A stretch of 64,000 nucleotides of DNA from a virus (Duplodnaviria; Heunggongvirae; Uroviricota; Caudoviricetes): IMG/VR virus record IMGVR_UViG_3300037418_003103; one strand, given 5' to 3'. A program made the translations under genes and the position numbers. The notes under the pieces are model-generated. The model was not told the DNA's origin. It ran no database searches and was given only the letters and a program-made list of their open reading frames with translations. Shown one piece after another: positions 18,943 to 28,191 of the stretch (the first letter of the stretch is position 1; every line of letters starts with the position of its first letter).

Positions 18943-21846
18943 TTAAAATCTTAACCAACTGGTTATAATCCAGCCAGTTCCATCACTCATAAAAGAAATT
19001 GTATCTCCTGTTGTTAATAAGTCTTCTCCAGCATAAGTATAGTCCATTAAATTGCCACTATTGGATAAAGATTGATTGACGGTTACAGTGTTACTGCCAA
19101 GTCTTTTAAATGTATATCTTTTACCTATTTTTACTGTCGTTATATCTGGTAAAGCAACATTCATCGCGTTAGTATCAGAATTACAAATAATTAGTTCTTC
19201 ATTAGATGAATCTGCTACTAATGCGTAATCTATGGAAGAAACTGGAGTAACCTTTACGTTATCAATTTCAACAGTATTACCAACTGCATCCACCCCTAAA
19301 TTATATGCTGACATATTTTTAAAAGTTCCTATGCCATACTTATTTAACTTAATTGAACCATTTCCAGAAATAGCTAACAAAGTACTTGTTACTGCATTAT
19401 TTAGTCCTGTTATTGAAAATTCAGAAGTTGCCGTCGCATCGGCAGCATCAGACAGCTTAGAAATAATTGAAGACGTTGTTTGTGTGGTGCTTCCTGCTGA
19501 GTTCGTGGGAAGGACAAAATCTACTTTTGTTCCTAATCCATTTGCAACAAGATTAGAAGCCATTGTTCGCGTAATCTTAATACCGCCTGTAATATTATTA
19601 ACGGTAGGGTCATTATTATTTGCCATAACTCCATAAGCGTCAGTATAGGTAGTACTGTTGATATTGCCAGTACCTCTTAACCCTATTCTTGATCCACTAG
19701 CATCTATTCCATTTGACACAATATTATTTCCTGGGTTTGAAACAATCAATAACGCACTTGCAGGAGAACCAATAATACTTAATGAATGACTACCCCCATC
19801 TATATAACTATCTCTTGTTAACACGGATGCATTTCCAAATGTTCCTCCCAATTGTACATCACTTCCTTCCATTATCAAGCCATTAGAGGCTGTATAAACA
19901 CCTCCGCTACTTCCTGACACACTTAATATTCCACTACCATCTATAGCTAATCCAGTACCCACTTTTACGCCGCCTAATATTGTTGCCGATGCAATAGGTA
20001 AAGAGTAAGTTCCACCACCTGACCCTCCAACTCCACCTATTTTAATTAGTGTACCGTTATCGTTAACCCAAATATTATTGTCGCCTGAAGTTGCGTTTTT
20101 ATAAATTGATACAAAACCTGATGGAATATCGTTTACTGTTGGGTCTGATGAACTAACAGCTACCTTTGAAAGGATGTTTCCGTTTGTTAATACTTGTGTT
20201 ACATTAATATCACCTAGAACTACTTGATTAGATTGTGTTGGCGCAGCATTCGCTCCAATAGTTGTTGTGTTTAAAAAAGTATATTGAGCCGTTAATCTAC
20301 CTGATCCAACATTGCTATTTTTAACCATGGAAGAGGAGTAAAGAGTATTAGCATCCACAACTGTGAATAAGTATACTTGACCGTCAACAAGTGTTGAGAT
20401 TTGGCCGCTCGTTACATTATATCTCAATAAAACCTGCGCACCATCAGTACCGAATCCATGGCTCGTAACAGTAACATTGTAATCAGATATAATATTAGTT
20501 GAACTAAATGTTTTTACCGTATTAACGTTATCATAAAAACCAGAAAACGAATTAGCACCAATGGCTGTTGTATTAGATGATTGTACATATTGGCTAGCCT
20601 TATAGCCCATACTTGTATTTGAATTGGAGTCTATTACAAACTGAAGCGTTTTGTAACCCATAGACACGTTCATATCTGCATGCACGCTAAATTGTTGGCT
20701 CATAGCTCCAAAGGAGTCATTGAAGGAGCCATCAATCAAGTGTGAAAGTGTTTCAATACCTAACGAATTTGAATAAGAAGTGGTATCAATATTTGTCATT
20801 GAGTTATATCCAATTGATACGTTACCATTACTTATACTGGGATTTTGCTGGGAGTAAGAACCTATTGCAATTGATGTGGCGGCACTGGATGCCAATCCAA
20901 GAGCGTTCTTACCAATTCTGATATTAGACTCAACGTTATTAGCGCCAAGTCCTACGTCAATACCATTAATACTAATGTCCTTTGTTGTTGAATTACCGAT
21001 TAAAACTACGTCGTTCAATGACTTAGAGGGGCTGGTATCACCTGTAACATTAAGAGATCCATCTGTACTAACGCTCAATCCACTACCAACTTTAAAACCA
21101 CCAATAACACTAGTTGAACCTGTGGGCAGAGTGTATGTATTATTTGGTATATTTAAAACACTATTTATCAATGTTGCAACACCATACCCATTTGTAGTAA
21201 ATCCTGTAATGAAGTTTGAAGTACCCCCAGATGATACAGATGGAAGGGCAGTTAAACCCATATCGCCATTAGCATTTAAACAAGTTAATACATAACCAGG
21301 AATAACATTTTTAGTTATAGTAAGTGATTCTGTTCTTGTAATTCCATTCACGTCAACCCATATGCGCCGATTCTTATGATCATAAGAATCGGCATTTAAA
21401 AATGCAATTTGATTGGTGACTACAGTTCCTGAATAAGTCCCGTTGCCCAACAAAATAAATGTATTTACGTTTATATCAAAAGTTATCCCTGTATAATTCA
21501 AAACAATCGGATTGCCATCTACAACCACTGTATTTCCAGCTGTGAATGCGGTAACACTTTGACTTGCACCGCTGTTAGATGGAGTAATAGGCGTTATTTT
21601 ATCTTCTGCGGCAGACATTCTTGCATCAACCCAATCGAAATTAGTTTCAGAAGAATTACCAGAAAAAGTACTTGGCAGTAAAGGCGTGTAACTAGATGTA
21701 ACAATAACTAAATTTAAATTTACTCCAGTTGTCATACCAGTGTACGGTAATCCAAAGGTGGTTGCACCTGAAAGCATTAAAGCGCCATCCTCATACTGTT
21801 TAACTTGTCTATTATTTGATAAATCTATTTTTGTGACAAACCCCAT
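18943..21846 (-). CDS. Long mosaic fibre/adhesin protein
   Basis: YadA-head-like (S/N)xxIG repeats; two YxLPx..T..GGxKVGxGL modules; C-terminal ALPDITTV.IGKRYTFK domain. Confidence 0.7.
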   Translation of the reverse strand: MGFVTKIDLSNNRQVKQYEDGALMLSGATTFGLPYTGMTTGVNLNLVIVTSSYTPLLPSTFSGNSSETNFDWVDARMSAAEDKITPITPSNSGASQSVTAFTAGNTVVVDGNPIVLNYTGITFDINVNTFILLGNGTYSGTVVTNQIAFLNADSYDHKNRRIWVDVNGITRTESLTITKNVIPGYVLTCLNANGDMGLTALPSVSSGGTSNFITGFTTNGYGVATLINSVLNIPNNTYTLPTGSTSVIGGFKVGSGLSVSTDGSLNVTGDTSPSKSLNDVVLIGNSTTKDISINGIDVGLGANNVESNIRIGKNALGLASSAATSIAIGSYSQQNPSISNGNVSIGYNSMTNIDTTSYSNSLGIETLSHLIDGSFNDSFGAMSQQFSVHADMNVSMGYKTLQFVIDSNSNTSMGYKASQYVQSSNTTAIGANSFSGFYDNVNTVKTFSSTNIISDYNVTVTSHGFGTDGAQVLLRYNVTSGQISTLVDGQVYLFTVVDANTLYSSSMVKNSNVGSGRLTAQYTFLNTTTIGANAAPTQSNQVVLGDINVTQVLTNGNILSKVAVSSSDPTVNDIPSGFVSIYKNATSGDNNIWVNDNGTLIKIGGVGGSGGGTYSLPIASATILGGVKVGTGLAIDGSGILSVSGSSGGVYTASNGLIMEGSDVQLGGTFGNASVLTRDSYIDGGSHSLSIIGSPASALLIVSNPGNNIVSNGIDASGSRIGLRGTGNINSTTYTDAYGVMANNNDPTVNNITGGIKITRTMASNLVANGLGTKVDFVLPTNSAGSTTQTTSSIISKLSDAADATATSEFSITGLNNAVTSTLLAISGNGSIKLNKYGIGTFKNMSAYNLGVDAVGNTVEIDNVKVTPVSSIDYALVADSSNEELIICNSDTNAMNVALPDITTVKIGKRYTFKRLGSNTVTVNQSLSNSGNLMDYTYAGEDLLTTGDTISFMSDGTGWIITSWLRF

Positions 21847-21860
21847 CTTTTTATTTTAAT

Positions 21861-21890
21861 ATAAATATTGTGGCAATCTAATATATTTAT
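21861..21890. promoter_or_regulatory. Back-to-back putative late promoters (TATTTAT on each strand)
   Basis: ATAAATA at 21861-21867 and TATTTAT at 21884-21890, each 14 nt from the ATG of its divergent gene. Confidence 0.7.
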
Positions 21891-21904
21891 AATAAAGTCT
21901 TTTT

Positions 21905-22384
21905 ATGCCAACTTTTAAGAAAAAATACTTTAAAGAACAAATAATTAAAAATAAGAAAGAAATTGATGAATTTGTAGATAGTGACGGAGGAATAATTGAC
22001 GGAGATAGGAATACAACCAGTGATAGTGAAATTGAAACTGGACCTGTTCAGAAACCATTTAATGATACCACCGACTATGAGAAGGGTGTGTCCACCACAA
22101 CTGATAGAGCTACTAGATACCGACAAGATATTCCATGGTTTGCCACTTATAGCACAGGTGGCGCTGTTCACAGAGTTACAGAAAGTAGAGTAGTAACTAA
22201 AGGTAGCATTGATGAAATGATTGAAAGCCTCGTAAAAAAAGGTAAAGACGTAGATATTATAGACAAGAATTCAAATAATAAATTACAAAAGGTTTTAGAT
22301 ATAATTGAAGACTCAGAATTTGATGACAATAATAAAGCCTTAATTAAAAAAGCGCTCGATTCAATAAAAAACGATAATAAATAA
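21905..22384 (+). CDS. Hypothetical late protein
   Basis: First gene of a tightly packed operon behind TATTTAT. Confidence 0.65.
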   Translation: MPTFKKKYFKEQIIKNKKEIDEFVDSDGGIIDGDRNTTSDSEIETGPVQKPFNDTTDYEKGVSTTTDRATRYRQDIPWFATYSTGGAVHRVTESRVVTKGSIDEMIESLVKKGKDVDIIDKNSNNKLQKVLDIIEDSEFDDNNKALIKKALDSIKNDNK

Positions 22385-22861
22385 ATGGCTAATTCTGCTT
22401 TACAAGGAAATATATACAATATTGATCAGGAATTTCAAGGTTTTCTTGGAAAGCACATGAGTTACGAGGCGCTTAAGATGAGAGAATCAAGGCTTTCTAA
22501 AGCAAAGGATGATGAGGATTTTGATGAGTATGAAAGACTTGGAGGTGAAGCGACTCATGATTACATTAAAGCCGAGCTAAAGACAGAACGGGACTCTGTA
22601 TATAACCCTAAAAAAATAGGAATGGATACAGGTCGAAAAAACCAGTTTATCAGAGCGCACGAAAAAGACAAAAAAATTACCAATGTTACTGATGTAAGCA
22701 CTGGACCTAAAATGAATAAGGGAAGTATCAATAGGAAGATAATGAGTAATAAGGAGGTTTATAATGAAGAGCTTTCTCCTGATGCAAATAAATTAAATAA
22801 AGAAATAAGTTCTATTAAATATTTAATAGAATATATGAATAATAAAAATAAAATACTATAA
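22385..22861 (+). CDS. Hypothetical protein
   Basis: Abuts the upstream stop (TAAATG); charged, 158 aa. Confidence 0.65.
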   Translation: MANSALQGNIYNIDQEFQGFLGKHMSYEALKMRESRLSKAKDDEDFDEYERLGGEATHDYIKAELKTERDSVYNPKKIGMDTGRKNQFIRAHEKDKKITNVTDVSTGPKMNKGSINRKIMSNKEVYNEELSPDANKLNKEISSIKYLIEYMNNKNKIL

Positions 22862-22863
22862 TT

Positions 22864-23223
22864 ATGGCACAAGAGAACGGCGGACAATCAAAACTTGAAA
22901 AAGCGGCAATAGCTGCAAGAGATAGTTTGTTGCCAATTAATACTTACAATGGCGTTGCGCCAGATAACCAATACTCTTCAACACATACAAGAGCTGTTGC
23001 AGATAATTTAACACCTAACGCTGGTAAAGGTACGGGCAACTTTTTAGATATAGACAACTATGCAGCTGGTAGTGCGTTAGATATTAATGGAAACCCTTCT
23101 GTTGCTATTGATGGAGGTCGTAACAAAGCCCTTTCAAAGAACTTCACTACATGGGGTTATGATCCTACTCATTCATATAAAGAACCTGATATGAGCGGTA
23201 ATGAAGGACAAGTTATAATTTAA
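22864..23223 (+). CDS. Hypothetical protein (probably virion)
   Basis: G/N/A-rich 119-aa ORF in the late operon. Confidence 0.6.
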   Translation: MAQENGGQSKLEKAAIAARDSLLPINTYNGVAPDNQYSSTHTRAVADNLTPNAGKGTGNFLDIDNYAAGSALDINGNPSVAIDGGRNKALSKNFTTWGYDPTHSYKEPDMSGNEGQVII

Positions 23224-23235
23224 AACTCATATTAA

Positions 23236-23730
23236 TTGAAACTTTACAATATTTTTGAATCTATTATATTAGAAGAAATGGCTAATACTCATTTACTAAA
23301 TGAGAGTGTTTCTATTGATGCAGTAAATGATGCTATTGAGAATAAATATAATGTGAATATTACTTATGACGATTACCCAGATGCAGAAATACCTGTAGCT
23401 CCAAGCAAGAGATATATTCAAGTATATGATTATGCTGATACAAAGGCTAACAATGCCGCAATAAGAGCGTATCAAATATTTGGTGGGTCTAAAACAACGC
23501 CTAAAAGTGGTGCGTGGAAAATATTCAGACTTGATAGAATCAGAAGTTGGCAACCTACTACTGTTAAATTTGCGAGACCGATTCAAACTAAAGCAGCGCC
23601 AGGAGTAATACCGCCCTTTAATCCAAGTGGTGATAAAACAATGAGTACTGTTCATAATATTGTGGACTTTAATAAAAATAAATTAAATAAAAATAATTCT
23701 AATGACCCCAACGCCAGTAAATCTAAATGA
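23236..23730 (+). CDS. WYL-like domain protein with propeptide-like N-terminus
   Basis: VNITY...RYIQVY...IRAYQ...WKIFRLDRI WYL signature; TTG start. Confidence 0.65.
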   Translation: MKLYNIFESIILEEMANTHLLNESVSIDAVNDAIENKYNVNITYDDYPDAEIPVAPSKRYIQVYDYADTKANNAAIRAYQIFGGSKTTPKSGAWKIFRLDRIRSWQPTTVKFARPIQTKAAPGVIPPFNPSGDKTMSTVHNIVDFNKNKLNKNNSNDPNASKSK

Positions 23731-24244
23731 GTTACCATTTTTAAAGAATGCAAGGAAGGTTATGCAAAAAGTAGAAAGTACTTCCCCTAAAGTACTTTCA
23801 GAACAGACTCGTGAGCAAACCGAAAGAGAAGATCTCAGTGAGTCGTATTCCCAAGAGCCTGTTCGATCATATTCAGATACAGTACAAAAGTCTGGTCTTC
23901 CAGAATCAATAAAAAAATTAATGCTTGATAAACCTATTAATCCAGAAGCAGCGGGTTTTAAATTAAATATAAATGACACTTACAATGAAGCAGACGAAAG
24001 GGAAATGCCTCTTCCACAACCCAAACTTAAAACTAAGCAAGGTTTAATAAGGGAATCTGCACCACTGCAACGTAATTCTGATTTGATTACAGTTAGTCGA
24101 GCTGAATTAGATGCAATGATTAATGAAAAACTACTGGATTTACTAGCCAAGTCATATAATAAAACTTTGACGGAAGAAACAATCAAACGAACAATAAAAT
24201 CGTTGATTTCAGAAGGAAAGTTATCTGTAAAGAAAAAAGCTTAA
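23702..24244 (+). CDS. Hypothetical protein
   Basis: 180-aa ORF with several L/I-x-E motifs. Confidence 0.6.
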   Translation: MTPTPVNLNELPFLKNARKVMQKVESTSPKVLSEQTREQTEREDLSESYSQEPVRSYSDTVQKSGLPESIKKLMLDKPINPEAAGFKLNINDTYNEADEREMPLPQPKLKTKQGLIRESAPLQRNSDLITVSRAELDAMINEKLLDLLAKSYNKTLTEETIKRTIKSLISEGKLSVKKKA

Positions 24245-24350
24245 TATAAGCAACTTTAATCAGCATTTTTTATTTACTTGTTGCCTTGATAAGTTATACT
24301 TTAATATAAAATAAAGGATTAATTATCCTAACCAATTTTATATTAAATTA

Positions 24351-25586
24351 ATGTCACAGAAAAAAATTAAAGTCCTTGTTGTACCCTCAGACTATACTGG
24401 TGTTTCAAAGTTCAGATCAACCGATCCTCACATAGCTTTAGAAAAGTTTTTTCCAGATGAATTCTCAATTGACATAGATTACACTCCTCAGTTGGACAAT
24501 GATGCCTGGCTTAAGCAGTACGATATAATACATTATCATAGAAGTCTTGGACCTTACGAGAATATTGATTCTGTTATGGGTAAGCTGAAAGCTCTTGGAA
24601 TAGTCTCTATAATGGACATAGATGATCATTGGTCGCCAGGACAACATCATCCAGCCTATCAATTGATTCAGAATAGCGGTTTAAACAAAAAAATACGCCA
24701 TAACATTAAAGTGGCTGAAAACGTTACAACAACAACAAGCATTTTTGCTGATGAAATTCGTGATGTTAATAAAAATGTGTTCGTTCTGCCCAACGCAATT
24801 GACCCTAACGAAAAACAGTTTAAAATTAATCCAGAAGCGAGTGATAGAATTAGGATCGGCTTTCTAGGTGGAAGTTCTCATAGATATGATCTTGAAAACT
24901 TACAAGGTTTGGTGGGCAAATTAAAATCTCATGATTTGTTAGATAAGGTTCAGATGGTCTTATGTGGATTTGATTTAAGAGGAACCATGACTCTGATCAA
25001 TCAACAAACTAAAGAACAAACACAACGGCCAATTAAACCGATGGAAAGTGTATGGTATGAATATGAAAAAATATTTACTGATAATTATACTTCTATTAGT
25101 CCTGAATATAAGGACTTCTTACTTACTTTTAAACAAGAGGAGTATCCTAATGTTGTAAATGAACCTTATCGTAGAGTTTGGACAAAACCAATTAGTTCTT
25201 ATGCAAGTAATTACAATTTACTTGATATATCCTTAGCACCTTTAGAAACAAATTCTTTTAATTCGGCTAAATCACAATTAAAGGTGGTCGAAGCTGGCTT
25301 TTATAAGAAGGCTTTGGTTGCCCAGGATTTTGGTCCTTATCAAATTGACTTGATAAATTACAACTCATTTGGAGGTGGTTTTAATGAAAAAGGTAATGCT
25401 ATGCTGATAGATCCCAACAAGAATCATAAGGACTGGTTCAAAAGTCTAAAAAAATTAATCGAGAATCCAGCGTTGATTAAAATCCTGGGTGATAACCTTT
25501 ATTCTACTGTTAAAGACACGTATTCCATGGAGAGTGTGACCAAAAAAAGAAGAGAGCTATATCTAAAGTTAATAAATAAACAATAG
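24351..25586 (+). CDS. Glycosyltransferase, GT-B (GT4-like)
   Basis: MDIDDHW, VLPNAID, IGFLGGSSH..DL, DISLAPL...FNSAKSQLKVVEAG. Confidence 0.85.
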   Translation: MSQKKIKVLVVPSDYTGVSKFRSTDPHIALEKFFPDEFSIDIDYTPQLDNDAWLKQYDIIHYHRSLGPYENIDSVMGKLKALGIVSIMDIDDHWSPGQHHPAYQLIQNSGLNKKIRHNIKVAENVTTTTSIFADEIRDVNKNVFVLPNAIDPNEKQFKINPEASDRIRIGFLGGSSHRYDLENLQGLVGKLKSHDLLDKVQMVLCGFDLRGTMTLINQQTKEQTQRPIKPMESVWYEYEKIFTDNYTSISPEYKDFLLTFKQEEYPNVVNEPYRRVWTKPISSYASNYNLLDISLAPLETNSFNSAKSQLKVVEAGFYKKALVAQDFGPYQIDLINYNSFGGGFNEKGNAMLIDPNKNHKDWFKSLKKLIENPALIKILGDNLYSTVKDTYSMESVTKKRRELYLKLINKQ

Positions 25587-25688
25587 CTATGAAAAAATTA
25601 AACAAAAATAGATTTAGAAATAAGGCATTGATTCGTGAAAGGTCCGCTATTATCATGCCTCAGTTTAATCACGCATAAACATATCGAC

Positions 25689-26036
25689 ATGACAGCAACC
25701 CAGGAATTACTTCAGGAGTATTTAAAGAACCCTGAAAAATATGAAACAGAGATTAAAATAATTCTTAATTCTATCAAGACTGAGAATCATACTGAAAAGA
25801 ATGTTGAGGAGGAAAATGAAGAAATAATAAATAAGATAAAGTCGTTTGCTAAGGGAGGCCTAGAAATAGACTCGGCAGAGGTAACCAAAAATAAACTCAG
25901 TAACACTAATTTCAATAGGGCTCAAAGATTAATGGCTAGAATTGAAGAAGTTTATGGACGTCATCATTCAATTCATACCCCTGGCCTTGCAGATGAACTA
26001 AGTATTTTGCTTAAAGAAAATAAAATTATAGATTAG
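25689..26036 (+). CDS. Hypothetical protein (ATG 25689 preferred)
   Basis: In-frame ATG following a 29-codon upstream ORF. Confidence 0.55.
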   Translation: MTATQELLQEYLKNPEKYETEIKIILNSIKTENHTEKNVEEENEEIINKIKSFAKGGLEIDSAEVTKNKLSNTNFNRAQRLMARIEEVYGRHHSIHTPGLADELSILLKENKIID

Positions 26037-26067
26037 TTGTGAGTAGCCAAATTAATTGGTATTTTTA
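26037..26067 (+). promoter_or_regulatory. Putative early/host-type promoter TTGTGA-N17-TATTTTTA
   Basis: Heads the nucleotide-metabolism/glycan operon. Confidence 0.5.
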
Positions 26068-26096
26068 GATTAAAATTTACCAAAAACAATTATACT

Positions 26097-26654
26097 ATGG
26101 CTTTAAGCGAAGAAAAAATCAAAAAAAATACAAAGAAATATCTTGAGACAGGACTGGCTAAAGGGTTTATAAACGATGAGCTCATAAATTTACTAGGTCA
26201 GACATTTATAAGTGCACCAGCATCTCTTTCATCAGATCAAAATAATTCCTTTGAGGGTGGTCTAATTGACCACCTTTTATTAACTACAAAGTATGCTGTA
26301 AGCATTAATGATTCCCTACCTGAAGACGAAAGAGTAGATAAGGATTCTCTTATTAAAGTTTGTTTATTGTATCAAATAGGAAAAACATTCATGTTTGAAA
26401 AACAAACATCTGAATGGCATTTAAACAAGGGTATAAATTATTCTTTTTATAAACAAAATCCTCCTTTGAAGGTTAGCCAATTATCATTATATTACCTGTC
26501 TTTATGCGGTATTAAACTAACAATAGAGGAGTACACGGCAATTGCTAATTTTGATGTGGAAGATCAACAAGTTAAGTACCACAATTCTAGACTTGGCGAT
26601 TTATTAAGAGCTGGAAATACATTTGCAATACATAAAGAAAAACAGAATAAATAA
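26097..26654 (+). CDS. HD-domain-like protein (YhaM-type) with degenerate HD motif
   Basis: APAS...FEGGLIDH...CLLYQIGK (canonical LLHDIGK). Confidence 0.65.
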   Translation: MALSEEKIKKNTKKYLETGLAKGFINDELINLLGQTFISAPASLSSDQNNSFEGGLIDHLLLTTKYAVSINDSLPEDERVDKDSLIKVCLLYQIGKTFMFEKQTSEWHLNKGINYSFYKQNPPLKVSQLSLYYLSLCGIKLTIEEYTAIANFDVEDQQVKYHNSRLGDLLRAGNTFAIHKEKQNK

Positions 26655-27133
26655 TGATAAGAGTAAAATTTACAAACAATTCGAATAATCCTGATCCAGT
26701 ATATTCTCATGACATGGATTCAGGCTTTGACCTCAGAGCTAATGTATTTGACATGCTTTACATTCCTGAGAATGATAAGCCTACTGTTTATCTAAGACCT
26801 TTGGAACGACTGTTAATACCAACAGGTTTGTTCTTTGAATTACCAGAAGGGTTTGAAATGCAAGTGAGACCAAGAAGTGGCCTTGCTATTAAAAATGGCA
26901 TTACAGTTTTGAATACGCCAGGAACTGTAGATAACGCATATACAGGAGAAATATGCGTTGTGCTTATTAATTTGTCTCAGCACGAATTTAAAATACAACA
27001 GGGCGACAGAATAGCTCAAGCTGTTATAGCTCCTGTTTGGTCAAATAATATGCTTTCATTAGAAAGAGCAGAAGCAATTACTGAAAATAATGGAAGAGGA
27101 TCTGGTGGCTTCGGCAGCACTGGTGTACAATAA
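26654..27133 (+). CDS. dut: Trimeric dUTPase
   Basis: All five motifs: SGFDL, RPRSGL, GTVDNAYTGE, GDRIAQ, RGSGGFGSTG. Confidence 0.97.
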   Translation: MIRVKFTNNSNNPDPVYSHDMDSGFDLRANVFDMLYIPENDKPTVYLRPLERLLIPTGLFFELPEGFEMQVRPRSGLAIKNGITVLNTPGTVDNAYTGEICVVLINLSQHEFKIQQGDRIAQAVIAPVWSNNMLSLERAEAITENNGRGSGGFGSTGVQ

Positions 27134-27156
27134 CAAATTTTAAAAGTTTAATTAAT

Positions 27157-28188
27157 TTGGAATATTTAGATGATATTAATGACGAGGATATGTATCCTAG
27201 TTTCGAAATGCCCGAAATGCTAGAAACGCCCGATGTGCAGCCAATTGTAGATCTTTTTTTTGATGGTCCCACAAATAAAGTCAACGATAAAAAAGACTAT
27301 GTTAAATGGATACAAATATCTGAAAAAGGATTTAAACCTGGCTTAAACCAAAAAGAATTTTTAGTTATTCCACCAGGAATTTATGATATCAAACATACTA
27401 AGGAAGATGGATATATTATTAATGGTAAAGACATTTGTTTAGATGAGCTGTTTGTTTTACCATCTCCTGAACAGGAACAAATTATGGATGATATCCAAAC
27501 TTTTTGGGCACGTAAAAAATACTTTGAACGGTTCAAATATACTTACAAAAGAGGTATTCTCTTATACGGCCCTGCTGGCAGCGGCAAAAGTAGTATTATA
27601 AATCTAGTCGCCAAAGAACTGGTTGAAAAGCATAAAGGAATAGTCCTGTATCTTAATTCAGTACGTGACCTGGAATATTTTGTTGCATTTATGCCAATGT
27701 TAAGGCAAATTGAGCCAGATAAACAAATACTATGTGTATTAGAAGATATAGAAGGGTTTGTTGCCTATAGAGAATCAGAAAGCATGCTATTGAATGTTCT
27801 AGACGGAATGAACCAAATGGATAATGTTTTTTATTTAGCAACAACCAATTTCCCAGAAGAATTAAAAGAAAGAATCCTTAATAGACCCTCTCGTTTTGAT
27901 AGAAGATATGAAGTAGGCTTTCCTAACGAAAAAGTAAGAGAAGCATACTTCAGATTAAAATTAAGTAAAGAAGACTTACCAGATGAGGAATTGAAGAAAT
28001 GGGTTGAAGAAACAGAAAATTTATCTATTGCACATTTAGGCGAAGTGGTAAAATCAGTTTTTGCTCTTGGCAATACCTTTGATCAAACAATGGAATTACT
28101 TAAGGATATGAAGAAAAAATTGTCTTCTTTTGATTTTAATAAAGATAAAAATAATAATATTGGCTTTAAGTCAAGAACTTATAAATAA
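27157..28188 (+). CDS. AAA+ ATPase
   Basis: RGILLYGPAGSGKS, VLEDIE, LLNVLDG, ATTNFPE, RPSRFD. Confidence 0.9.
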   Translation: MEYLDDINDEDMYPSFEMPEMLETPDVQPIVDLFFDGPTNKVNDKKDYVKWIQISEKGFKPGLNQKEFLVIPPGIYDIKHTKEDGYIINGKDICLDELFVLPSPEQEQIMDDIQTFWARKKYFERFKYTYKRGILLYGPAGSGKSSIINLVAKELVEKHKGIVLYLNSVRDLEYFVAFMPMLRQIEPDKQILCVLEDIEGFVAYRESESMLLNVLDGMNQMDNVFYLATTNFPEELKERILNRPSRFDRRYEVGFPNEKVREAYFRLKLSKEDLPDEELKKWVEETENLSIAHLGEVVKSVFALGNTFDQTMELLKDMKKKLSSFDFNKDKNNNIGFKSRTYK

Positions 28189-28191
28189 GAA

